A stretch of DNA of 64,000 bases from Nemertoderma westbladi (Eukaryota > Animalia > Xenacoelomorpha). Where the stretch lies: NCBI GenBank assembly GCA_032718475.1, contig JAUCBJ010000923.1, forward strand, positions 1-64,000, given 5' to 3'. The translations under genes were made by a program, and so were the position numbers. Of this stretch, positions 11,133 to 23,192 are shown in pieces (the stretch's first letter is position 1; each line of letters begins with the position of its first letter). The notes under the pieces were generated by a model. The model worked only from the letters and a program-made list of their open reading frames with translations, was not told where the DNA came from and ran no database searches.

Positions 11133-14100
11133 ACGTGCTACTGACACCGATACTCAGGAGGAATACAGACAACGTGCTACTGACACCGATACTCAGGAGG
11201 AATACAGACAACGTGCTACTGACACCGATACTCAGGAGGAATACAGACAACGTGCTACTGACACCGATACTCAGGAGGAATACAGACAACGTGCTACTGA
11301 CACCGATACTCAGAAGGGATGCAGACAACGTGCTACTGACACCGATACTCAGGAGGGATGCAGACAACGTGCTACTGACACCGATACTCAGGAGGGATGC
11401 AGACAACGTGCTACTAACACCGATACTCAGGAGGGATGCAGACAACGTGCTACTGACACCGATACTCAGGAGGGATGCAGACAACGTGTTACTGACACCG
11501 ATACTCAGGAGGGATGCAGACAACGTGCTACTGACACCGATACTCAGGAGGGATACAGACAACGTGCTACTGACACCGATACTCAGGAGGGATGCAGACA
11601 ACGTGCTACTGACACCGATACTCAGGAGGGATACAGACAACGTGCTACTAACACCGATACTCAGGAGGGATGCAGACAACGTGCTACTGACACCGATACT
11701 CAGGCAGGAGGGATGCAGACAACGTGCTACTGACACCGATACTCAGGCAGGAGGGATGCAGACAACGTGCTACTGACACCGATACTCAGGCAGGAGGGAT
11801 GCAGACAACGTGCTACTGACACCGATACTCAGGACTCAGGAGGGATGCAGACAACGTGCTACTGACACCGATACTCAGGAGGGATGCAGACAACGTGTTA
11901 CTGACACCGATACTCAGGAGGGATGCAGACAACGTGCTACTGACACCGATACTCAGGAGGGATACAGACAACGTGCTACTGACACCGATACTCCGGAGGG
12001 ATGCAGACAACGTGCTACTGACACCGATACTCAGGAGGGATGCAGACAACGTGCTACTGACACCGATACTCAGGAGGGATGCAGACAACGTGCTACTGAC
12101 ACCGATACTCAGGAGGGATGCAGACAACGTGCTACTGACACCGATACTCAGGAGGGATGCAGACAACGTGCTACTGACACCGATACTCAGGAGGGATGCA
12201 GACAACGTGCTACTGACACCGATACTCAGGAGGGATGCAGACAACGTGCTACTGACACCGATACTCAGGAGGGATGCAGACAACGTGCTACTGACACCGA
12301 TACTCAGGAGGGATACAGACAACGTGCTACTAACACCGATACTCAGGAGGGATGCAGACAACGTGCTACTGACACCGATACTCAGGCAGGAGGGATGCAG
12401 ACAACGTGCTACTGACACCGATACTCAGGCAGGAGGGATGCAGACAACGTGCTACTGACACCGATACTCAGGCAGGAGGGATGCAGACAACGTGCTACTG
12501 ACACCGATACTCAGGACTCAGGAGGGATACAGACAACGTGCTACTAACACCGATACTCAGGAGGGATGTAGACAACGTGCTACTGACACCGATACTCAGG
12601 AGGGATGCAGACAACGTGTTACTGACACAGATACTCAGGGGGGATGCAGACAACGTGCTACTGACACCGATACTCAGGCAGGAGGGATGCAGACAACGTG
12701 CTACTGACACCGATACTCAGGCAGGAGGGATGCAGACAACGTGCTACTGACACCGATACTCAGGAGGGATGCAGACAACGTGCTACTGACACCGATACTC
12801 AGGAGGGATGCAGACAACGTGCTACTGACACCGATACTCAGGAGGGATGCAGACAACGTGCTACTGACACCGATACTCAGGAGGGATGCAGACAACGTGC
12901 TACTGACACCGATACTCAGGCAGGAGGGATGCAGACAACGTGTTACTGACACCGATACTCAGGAGGGATGCAGACAACGTGCTACTGACACCGATACTCA
13001 GGAGGGATGCAGACAACGTGCTACTGACACCGATACTCAGGAGGGATGCAGACAACGTGCTACTGACACCGATACTCAGGCAGGAGGGATGCAGACAACG
13101 TGCTACTGACACCGATAATCAGGAGGGATGCAGATAACGTGCTACTGACACCGATACTCAGGAGGGATGCAGACAACGTGCTACTGACACCGATACTCAG
13201 GAGGGATACAGACAACGTGCTACTAACACCGATACTCAGGAGGGATGCAGACAACGTGCTACTGACACCGATACTCAGGAGGGATGCAGACAACGTGCTA
13301 CTGACACCGATACTCAGGAGGGATGCAGACAACGTGCTACTAACACCGATACTCAGGAGGGATGCAGACAACGTGCTACTGACACCGATACTCAGGAGGG
13401 ATGCAGACAACGTGCTACTGACACCGATACTCAGGAGGGATGCAGACAACGTGCTACTGACACCGATACTCAGGAGGGATGCAGACAACGTGCTACTGAC
13501 ACCGATACTCAGGAGGGATGCAGACAACGTGCTACTGACACCGATACTCAGGCAGGAGGGATGCAGACAACGTGCTACTGACACCGCCGATACTCAGGAG
13601 GGATGCAGACAACGTGCTACTGACACCGATATTCAGGCAGGAGGGATGCAGACAACGTGCTACTGACACCGATACTCAGGAGGGATGCAGACAACGTGCT
13701 ACTACACCGATACTCAGAAGGGATGCAGACAACGTGCTACTGACACCGATACTCAGGAGGGATACAGACAACGTGCTACTGACACCGATACTCAGACAGG
13801 AGGGATGCAGACAACGTGTTACTGACACCGCCGATACTCAGGAGGGATGCAGACAACGTGCCACTGACACCGATACTCAGGCAGGAGCGATGCAGACAAC
13901 GTGCTACTGACACCGATACTCAGGCAGGAGCGATGCAGACAACGTGCTACTGACACCGATACTCAGGAGGGATGCAGACAACGTGTTACTGACACCGATA
14001 CTCAGGAGGGATGCAGACAACGTGCTACTGACACCGATACTCAGGCAGGAGGGATCCAGACAACGTGTTACTGACACCGATACTCAGGAGGGATGCAGAC

Positions 14101-14238
14101 AACGTGCTACTGACACCGATACTCAGGAGGGATGCAGACAACGTGCTACTGACACCGATACTCAGGAGGGATGCAGACAACGTGCTACTGACACCGATAC
14201 TCAGGAGGGATGCAGACAACGTGCTACTGCACCGATAC
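11133..14238. repeat. 39-bp minisatellite (ACGTGCTACTGACACCGATACTCAGGAGGGATGCAGACA), about 79 copies, with 42/43-bp variants
   Basis: Seen directly; explains the RATDTDTQEGC/LLTPILRR ORFs. Confidence 0.97.
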
Positions 14239-15195
14239 GGTTTGTAGTGTTATGACTAATTTCTCAACCAGTTGAGTTTATACACTTATGAACATAAACA
14301 AGTTACAGATTCAAAGGGATTCTTAGCAGATGGTTTGATGTATAACAGGTTTTATGACTTTATGAAGAGAAATGTATCTTAGAATCTAATTACGTAATTA
14401 AATACATTTGAATTTAGATATTATGCAATCATCATAAATAAAAACAAAAAACACAATGAAAAGCACCAACATTACTACACAGAATTACAAATTCAGAATC
14501 CTGTTCAATTATTAGAGTTGTATGTAAAAGAATATATATACATCATCAATAATTATAGCGCCTAACATTCTACCAGTAATTCAGTTGGGAGTCTAGAAAT
14601 CTAATTAATTCGATAAATAATTTAATATGAGCTAGACTGAGCCAGTGAACACGTTAAATTATATTTGTTGTCGGGGTAACCAGTTTCAACTATTATAGAC
14701 ATTAAACGCATGTCGGTGTACTGAAAGCAACACAGACTGGAACCTTCACAATATACATAAACGGTGAAAGACATTACATTACGATGGCGGATAATTTTTA
14801 AAAACGCAACCAATTTAATTGCACGGACTGCTGAAGAATTAATAAAATGAATCTAAAAAAAAGTAGAAAAACCTTTTGATTGAGATGAAAAACTATTTAC
14901 ATTGCGACGAATTGAAGAACTAAACTAAAGAAAGGCCCTGGGGGACCAAGTGACATAGATTATAGCGAGTTATACACTATGAATACAAAGTATATAATAT
15001 AACTACACGTATAGCAGGCAATGTCACCCATACAATACATTAAATAAAACAATAAATAAAACTGTAAAATAAATAAATAAATAACACAATATGAAATATT
15101 TATATTCTCGAGTTCGTAGACTACTTTTAGGGAAGTTGCAAAATCGATGGGAACAGTAGAAGTCCACAACATTTAGACATAACATCGGAACATAC

Positions 15196-15346
15196 GACAC
15201 ACCGTTCCCGCGTTCTAGAACACACCGTCCCCGCGTTATGGAACACACCGTTCCCGCGTTCTAGAACACACCGTTCCCGCGTTCTAGAACACAACGTAAC
15301 CGCGCTCTAGAACACCTCGTTGCAGCGTTCTAGAACACACCGTTCC
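15196..15346 (-). repeat. About six degenerate 23-24-bp tandem copies of the FAM234-like stop-codon region (GGGAACGGTGTGTTCTAGAACGC)
   Basis: GAACACACCGTTCCC(C)GCGTTCTA repeats on the plus strand; the copy at about 15330-15346 is the end of the CDS (GNGVF*). Confidence 0.85.
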
Positions 15347-17219
15347 CTTGCCGACCGAGATAGGTGACCCAGGACTGTTTCTCCGCCGGCTCTATGACCA
15401 CACTGTCGGCCTGCTCCTGGGTGGGGGTCCTCCCACCGCGCAACGCGCTCGACACCTCGACGCCGATGTCCCCCACGACGGTGGCGTTGGTGAGCGAGTA
15501 ACCGAGGTTGACCTTGCGGACGACGACCCGGGGTAGACCCCCCGAGGTCTCCGTCACCGCGTACACGTAGTCAATCAGTCCGTCGCCGTCCGCGTCCGCT
15601 AGGTAGCCTGTGTTGCCTTGGAGACGGGACGCGTCACACTCGGAGAGGCTGCCGACGGAGTAGTGGGGCTCGTAGTCGAGGGTGTGGATGAGGATGGGGT
15701 GGAGGGAGAAGTCCTTGTTGATGACGTAGAGACTTTGGTTGACATGGCGGAGGTTGTTGAGCGGACACTCGGGGGTGGAGGTGTTGTTAGGGGCGACGGT
15801 CGCGTCGCTAGGGGTAACGGTCGCGTTGTTAGGGGTTGCTATAGGGATAGTGTAATTGGTGACGTCATCCACGTCCCTGTTGGATTTAACGGAACGAACT
15901 TCCGGAATCCACAGAGTGAAGAGATCAGAGTCGATCGCGCGGAGGGACAGCGGGGAGATGAGGGAAGGGGAAGGCCGGGAGAGGGACCAGATGGTGGAAC
16001 CGGAGGCGCCATGGAGGATAGAGGAGGTGCAATGGGAGGAGGCGGAAGAGCAGAGCTGGAGGAGTACTGCGGGAGGGGAGTCTGGGAGGAGGTTCCCGGG
16101 AGCGGGGAGTCCTGGGAGCACCGGGAGTCCGTCGGTGGGGAACCCCAGCAGGTCGGCTCCCTCGACACGCCACAGCGACCGAAAGTCGGACCCGTCCCGC
16201 AGCTCCACGGATCCATCGACGCCGACGAGCAACGCGTCCGGGATACCGTCCGCGTTCGCGTCCAGTAGAACCGGCGGAGTGGCGACTCCGGCGGCGAGTC
16301 TCGTCGTAGCCACCGGGACCGCGACGAGGAGGAGGTCCGCCACCGCGATCCGATGGATCCCGCCAACGAACGGGACGTAGATGGTCGTTCCGCTGGCCAC
16401 CGGATCCACGGACGTCGGAGTGTCAAGCGCGACGTCCGGCCCCACCCGGGAGCCGTCGACCCCGCTGAATCGCAGCAACACTGAGCCGCCGCGTTGCGTG
16501 GCGACCAGATCGGGCACTGAGTCCCCGTTGAGGTCCGGTACCACCAGGGGCGACGAACAGCGTGTCACTGAGTCGGTGGACCAGAGGAGGACGCCGGAGG
16601 GGCTGATACAACCGAGGCCGCCGCTCCCGGAGACCAGGCAATCGTCCACGTCATCCCGGTTCGCGTCCAGTCCACCGCAGCGGACGCGTTCCACCCGGAA
16701 CGGGATCGGAAGCGACCAGAGCCGAGAGCCGGACGGGCCGGACAACGCGACAACTCGACTAGATCCGTCCGGGTCCGAGACGACGAGGACAACGTCCAGC
16801 GTGCCGTTCCCGTTCACGTCGTACAGACTGAGTGAGCCGGAGGTCGAGGTGTTGGCGAGTCTAACGGACCATTCGGGGGTCAGATCGCAGCAGGGGCACG
16901 GCAGGGCGAAAATGAAGGCGAGGACGAAGGTAACGAGGAACAGAATGGACATAAAGAAGGCGAGGGATCGGGCGCGACTCATCCCGAAGAAGAAGAGTTT
17001 GCTCGTCGGCGTGGATTCCTCCGGCTCCGGCGACTCGGCGAACTGGGTCTTCTCGTCAGCATCCCCGTCGACCGCTGCCTCCGGGTCGTAGGTTTCCGAG
17101 ATGGCCGGAAGGGTTCCGTTTAACGAGGTGTCGACTTCCGAGTCGTTCAATGGATCGACGATGGTCGGTCGGTTCTGTAGAGCCGAGTAGTGACCCGAGG
17201 ATGCCGAAGTTAAAGACAT
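15330..17219 (-). CDS. FAM234: FAM234-like type II membrane protein with FG-GAP/beta-propeller repeats; single coding exon, about 629 aa
   Basis: GC-rich intact ORF; probable ATG at 17219 (MSLTSASSGHYSAL; the open frame extends to 17327). Acidic N-terminal tail, one TM helix (LAFFMSILFLVTFVLAFIFALPC), repeated D-x-N/D-x-D motifs (DVNGNGTLDVV, DANRDDVDDCLV, DLNGDSVPDLV, DANADGIPDAL, DADGDGLIDYV) and C-terminal WVTYLG. Family call is from recalled architecture, not a search. Confidence 0.82.
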   Translation of the reverse strand: MSLTSASSGHYSALQNRPTIVDPLNDSEVDTSLNGTLPAISETYDPEAAVDGDADEKTQFAESPEPEESTPTSKLFFFGMSRARSLAFFMSILFLVTFVLAFIFALPCPCCDLTPEWSVRLANTSTSGSLSLYDVNGNGTLDVVLVVSDPDGSSRVVALSGPSGSRLWSLPIPFRVERVRCGGLDANRDDVDDCLVSGSGGLGCISPSGVLLWSTDSVTRCSSPLVVPDLNGDSVPDLVATQRGGSVLLRFSGVDGSRVGPDVALDTPTSVDPVASGTTIYVPFVGGIHRIAVADLLLVAVPVATTRLAAGVATPPVLLDANADGIPDALLVGVDGSVELRDGSDFRSLWRVEGADLLGFPTDGLPVLPGLPAPGNLLPDSPPAVLLQLCSSASSHCTSSILHGASGSTIWSLSRPSPSLISPLSLRAIDSDLFTLWIPEVRSVKSNRDVDDVTNYTIPIATPNNATVTPSDATVAPNNTSTPECPLNNLRHVNQSLYVINKDFSLHPILIHTLDYEPHYSVGSLSECDASRLQGNTGYLADADGDGLIDYVYAVTETSGGLPRVVVRKVNLGYSLTNATVVGDIGVEVSSALRGGRTPTQEQADSVVIEPAEKQSWVTYLGRQGNGVF

Positions 17220-18135
17220 TTTATTGCCGTATTCCAGTATTCGCGTACGTCTGCCTGTATGTACAGAGATGCCAAGGTAAATGCAATTTGGTGGTATGGT
17301 ATCCTGGCTGGGTATGGGGTAGGCCAATAGCCTATCAGTAGGGTATATCTATCTTCAGATCTTGTCCCTAGCTGGTTGGAGTTGTCAGTCTGTCAGTAGG
17401 CCTGATCACACATTTATAAAATGAATAAACACCGGTATAGCACAGTCTGACAGTACAGCAGCAGGCTAGCTAGACCTAACAACAATTGGACAATACACTA
17501 TTGTGTATTGAGCTAGCCTATACCCGTATACCCGTCCAACCATCAACTACTGCACTATACAGCTATACAGCTATAGGCCTACTGTTATGCTGTTATGATA
17601 CCTATGATATACCCATGATACCTGCGTCCTGTATACGGTAACGCCATATACCTGTATACAGATATACCGGTACCTGGAATAGAATAGGCCTATTGTAATG
17701 TAATTAATATCTCAATTATAGGTGATTGTCCTCCAATGGGATAATCACCTGCAACCCTGCATGTGCTATGCCCTGCCACTTAGCTCTAGCTATTGGGCAG
17801 CCATTGATATGAAATAAAATAATAATATTATTATCCGGCGGTACTGAAACTAAATCTGATGACTAAAATCACACTTCAATACGGTGGCTGATTTGGGCAA
17901 TAGCCAACTAATACAATAGGCCTACTTAAAAAATGCACGAGAAATCCTACAGAAATACAACTACTTGCACGCCCTGCGCTAGCCTACCCCTTACAGATAG
18001 ATTGCAGTACTACTGCCTATGTGTATCCAAGCCAACTATAGTACATCCTTAACACATTGCAAACAGCCACCTGCCAGCCCACAAAGTCAGGCTGGTGGTA
18101 ATCAATATTCATATAACGAACAACTATGTTAGGGA

Positions 18136-18157
18136 GGGGGGGGGGGGGGGGGGGGGG
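18136..18157. repeat. Poly-G tract (about 22 nt)
   Basis: Seen directly. Confidence 0.9.
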
Positions 18158-18547
18158 TTAATTTACTCATTTATTCACAGCTGTAACACCTAACAGCCGG
18201 TCGCCCACGCACGTGAGTAGCGGAAATACAATACTACCGTGGCCGTTTGCAGGAGTCATGGGTCCATATCTGCGAATTATTATTTTTAGTCTCAATGTTA
18301 AGTTATCAATTTAGGTAAAGGAACAGGTTACAGAGGCACGTTATTCTAACCACAATAAGAAACAAGTCAATTGAACAGGATACAGTTTTATTTTTGGGAG
18401 TAATTAGCTGTTATTTGCGTAAATTTTCCCCTGGGGAAAGAAGACGCCTTCGTCCCCACTATTTGGATTGTAGATAGAAAATTTAGTCATTAAAAATGTA
18501 TTTAATTTTGTTTTAGAAAAATATTATTAATTTCGCACTAACTCCGT

Positions 18548-19365
18548 GACAGATGGCAAAGCAAACTACCTAATTCTTTCATACACAACATATGGCACTG
18601 TTTGTTACATACGTAATAGATGGCAAACTACCTATTTCTTTCATACACAACAGATGGTAACTGTTTGTTACATTCGTAACACAACAGATGACAAACTACC
18701 AATTTCTTTCATACACAATAGATGGCACTGTTTGTTACATACGTACCAGATGGCAAACTACCTATTTCTTTCATACACAACAGATGGTAACTGTTTGTTA
18801 CATTCGTAACAGATGGCAAACTACCTATTTCTTTCATATACAACAGATGGTAACTTTTACATTCGTAACAGTACCTATATCTTTCATACCCAGATTGTAA
18901 CTGTTTGTTACATTCGTAACAGATGGCAAACTACCTATTTCTTTCATATACAACAGATGGTAACTTTTACATTCGTAACAGTACCTATATCTTTCATACC
19001 CAGATTGTAACTGTTTGTTACATTCGTAACAGATGGCAAACTACCTATTTCTTTCATATACAACAAATGGCACTGTTTGTTACATACGTAACAGATGGCA
19101 AACTACCTATTTCTTTCATACATAACAGATGGTAACTTTTACATTCGTAACAGATGGCAAACTACCTATTTCTTTCATACACAACAGATGGTAACTGTTT
19201 GTTACATTCGTAAACTACCCATTTCTTTCATACACAACAGGTGGTAACTGTTTGTTACATTCGTAAACTACCTATTTGTTTCATACACAACATATGGCAC
19301 TGTGATTTGTTTCACACGCAACAGGTGGCAACCTACCTATTTGTTGTATACACACCAGAAGGCAC
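18548..19365. repeat. Composite about 48-63-bp minisatellite built from ACAGATGGCAAACTACCTATTTCTTTCATAC / ACAGATGGTAACTGTTTGTTACATTCGTA subunits
   Basis: Seen directly; degenerates toward 19365. Confidence 0.9.
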
Positions 19366-20309
19366 TATTGGTGCATACAGTGCATGACACTATCTGCTAG
19401 ATGCCTAGAGTGGATCACTATTATAAGTCTCGCTAAGTGCGAGGCTCGCCACACATAATTGATAAATAGTTGTGTAGATCACATAAACGATACGCTACAG
19501 ACAGATTAATCAACACGCAGGACAATATGCAAATTACTTCCTAATAAGCCGACCGATTATAACCGCATTTGACTGGAATACACTGGATCCACACAAAGTT
19601 GGACAATAACTAGTTCTAATTAGTTTGGGACACGCTCGCCAGTTTGGCTAATTACTCAGAATAACAATGCCTATGCCAAGCTCATACACTTAATAATAAG
19701 GAAGGTGGCATTCATTTATATTGTTATTATTACAAGTTTCATATTGCTGGTGTTGGAGGGATTGGCAAATCAGATGAATATCTAATTAGATTGCGTTGTG
19801 TTGAACCATTTACTGGTACAGGGAAACAGTAAGCAAACCGCAATATTTAATAAAACATAGAGCAGTGCACTAATAATGCTTTTAAGGTTATTAGTTAAGG
19901 TGTTTATTTCCGACCGTATAGGATGTATAGGAATCTGTATCCGATTTTAGGTCAAATATCAGTAATTATGCGACTTATGATTAATCATCTCTCTTGGTAG
20001 TTACCTGTGAGATATGCAGGGTGCCACTCTTATTCTCAATGAGTAAACAGGAAATACTCTCACTCACACTTGGACACTTATATTTAGACTAATGGTGCCT
20101 ATATTGATGGCCAGATGCACCCGCTACGAATGTGCAATAGGCCCTGTCCCTTATCGTAAACCGTAACCTACTGCAACAGGAGACTGAATGCGCGAACTAT
20201 ACTGATTTCAGAGGTTTAATATCACAAACATTTTTACTTTCATTTTTTTACTAATCATTTTAGCAAAATAGTAATTAAATTAAAAAATAAACGTTTTGAA
20301 ATAACTTAC

Positions 20310-20494
20310 CTACAGCTACCAGTAGTAAGATCCCACACTTGTATGGTGCTATCCAGACAAGAATTAATCACGACTTTAGATTCGCTAGATATAGCCACTC
20401 TGATGGTGTCCGTATTGGGTTTCCATTTCTTGAACATCTGTCCCGTAACCAGATCGTAAACAATGAGGAAGTTAGGGGCGGGGTCGTCTAACTC
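20310..20494 (-). CDS. NACHT/WD40 gene exon h (WD40); not in the ORF track
   Basis: Acceptor tctcgttag|GAG, donor AG|gtaagt; encodes ELDDPAPNFLIVYDLVTGQMFKKWKPNTDTIRVAISSESKVVINSCLDSTIQVWDLTTGSC(R). Confidence 0.92.
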
Positions 20495-20573
20495 CTAACG
20501 AGATAATGAATAAATGAACCAGAGACTAACACGATAAATTAGGTTTCTTTCATATTTAACAGACGAGTAATAA

Positions 20574-23192
20574 TCAACTGCTATGGATGTAGCTGGGGAT
20601 CAAGTCAACATGCCACCCAAGTGGCTGCTGTTGATATAGCTGGGGGATCAACATGCCGCCCAAGTGGCTGCTGTTGATATAGCCGGGTATCAACATGCCG
20701 CCCAAGTGGCTGCTGTTGATATAGCTGGGTATCAACATGCCGCCCAAGTGGCTGCTGTTGATATAGCTGGGGATCAACATGCCGCCCAAGTGGCTGCTGT
20801 TGATATAGCTGGGGGATCAACATGCCGCCCAAGTGGCTGCTGTTGATATAGCTGGGGGATCAACATGCCGCCCAAGTGGCTGCTGTTGATATAGCTGGGT
20901 ATCAACATGCCACCCAAGTGGCTGCTGTTGATATAGCTGGGGATCAACATGCCGCCCAAGTGGCTGCTGTTGATATAGCTGGGGATCAACATGCCGCCCA
21001 AGTGGCTGCTGTTGATATAGCTGGGGGATCAACATGCCGCCCAAGTGGCTGCTGTTGTTATAGCTGGGTATCAACATGCCGCCCAAGTGGCTGCTGTTGA
21101 TATAGCTGGGTATCAACATGCCGCCCAAGTGGCTGCTGTTGATATAGCTGGGGATCAACATGCCGCCCAAGTGGCTGCTGTAGATATAGCTGGGTATCAA
21201 CATGCCGCCCAAGTGGCTGCTGTTGATATAGCTGGGGGATCAACATGCCGCCCAAGTGGCTGCTGTTGTTATAGCTGGGTATCAACATGCCGCCCAAGTG
21301 GCTGCTGTTGATATAGCTGGGGGATCAACATGCCGCCCAAGTGGCTGCTGTTGTTATAGCTGGGTATCAACATGCCGCCCAAGTGGCTGCTGTTGATATA
21401 GCCGGGTATCAACATGCCGCCCAAGTGGCTGCTGTTGATATAGCTGGGGGATCAACATGCCGCCCAAGTGGCTGCTGTTGTTATAGCTGGGTATCAACAT
21501 GCCGCCCAAGTGGCTGCTGTTGATATAGCCGGGTATCAACATGCCGCCCAAGTGGCTGCTGTTGATATAGCTGGGTATCAACATGCCGCCCAAGTGGCTG
21601 CTGTTGATATAGCTGGGTATCAACATGCCGCCCAAGTGGCTGCTGTTGATATAGCTGGGGGATCAACATGACGCCCAAGTGGCTGCTGTTGATATAACTG
21701 GGGATCAACATGCCGCCCAAGGGGCTGCTGTTGATATAACTGGGCTGGGGATCAACATGCCGCCCAAGGGGCTGCTGTTGATATAACTGGGGATCAACAT
21801 GCCGCCCAAGTGGCTGCTGTTGATATAGCTGGGGGATCAACATGACGCCCAAGTGGCTGCTGTTGATATAGCTGGGTATCAACATGCCGCCCAAGTGGCT
21901 GCTGTTGATATAGCTGGGGGTCAACATGCCGCCCAATGGCTGCTGTTGATATAGCTGGGGATCAAGTCAACATGCCACCCAAGTGGCTGCTGTTTATATA
22001 GCTGGGGGATCAACATGCCGCCCAAGTGGCTGCTGTTGATATAGCCGGGTATCAACATGCCGCCCAAGTGGCTGCTGTTGATATAGCTGGGTATCAACAT
22101 GCCGCCCAAGTGGCTGCTGTTGATATAGCTGGGGATCAACATGCCGCCCAAGTGGCTGCTGTTGATATAGCTGGGTATCAACATGCCGCCCAAGTGGCTG
22201 CTGTTGATATACCTGGGGATCAACATGCCGCCCAAGTGGCTGCTGTTGATATAGCTGGGGATCAACATGCCACCCAAGTGGCTGCTGTTGATATAGCTGG
22301 GGGATCAACATGCCGCCCAAGTGGCTGTTGTTGATATAGCTGGGGGATCAACATGCCGCCCAAGTGGCTGCTGTTGATATAGCTGGGGATCAACATGCCG
22401 CCAAAGTGGCTGCTGTTGATATAGCTGGGGGATCAACAAGCCGCCAAAGTGGCTACTGTTGATATAGCTGGGGGATCAACATGCCGCCAAAGTGGCTGCT
22501 GTTGATATAGCTGGGGGATCAACATGCCGCCCAAGTGGCTGCTGTTGATATAGCTGGGGATCAACATGCCGCCCAAGTGGCTGCTGTTAGCTTGATATAG
22601 CTGGGGGATCAACATGCCGCCAAAGTGGCTGCTGTTGATATAGCTGGGTATCAACATGCCGCCCAAGTGGCTGCTGTTGATATAGCTGGGGATCAACATG
22701 CCGCCCAAGTGGCTGCTGTTAGCTTGATATAGCTGGGGATCAACATGCCGCCCAAGTGGCTGCTGTTAGCTTGATATAGCTGGGGGATCAACATGCCGCC
22801 AAAGTGGCTGCTGTTGATATAGCTGGGGGATCAACATGCCGCCCAAGTGGCTGCTGTTAGCTTGATATAGCTGGGGGATCAACATGCCGCCAAAGTGGCT
22901 ACTGTTGATATAGCTGGGGATCAACATGCCGCCAAAGTGGCTGATGTTGATATAGCTGGGGGATCAACATGCAGCCCAAGTGGCTGCTGTTGATATAGCT
23001 GGGGGATGAACATGCCGCCCAAGTGGCTGCTGTTGATATAGCTGGGGATCAACATGCCGCCCAAGTGGCTGCTGTTAGCTTGATATAGCTGGGGGATCAA
23101 CATGCCGCCAAAGTGGCTACTGTTGATATAGCTGGGGATCAACATGCCGCCCAAGTGGATGCTGTTGATATAGCTGGGGATCAACATGTCGC
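20574..23192. repeat. 42/43-bp minisatellite (TCAACATGCCGCCCAAGTGGCTGCTGTTGATATAGCTGGG[G/T]A), about 62 copies
   Basis: Seen directly; units carry the inverted repeat TGTTGAT(A)...(T)ATCAACA. Confidence 0.97.

Noticed and set aside
15348-17341. Plus-strand and alternate-frame ORFs overlapping the FAM234-like gene (likewise over exons e and b)
   Set aside because: Shadow ORFs of GC-rich coding sequence with no recognisable motifs.
11089-23187. Repeat ORFs in the 39-bp, composite and 42-bp arrays as structural proteins
   Set aside because: Open on both strands and in several frames, frequently frameshifted, with no splice or start context.
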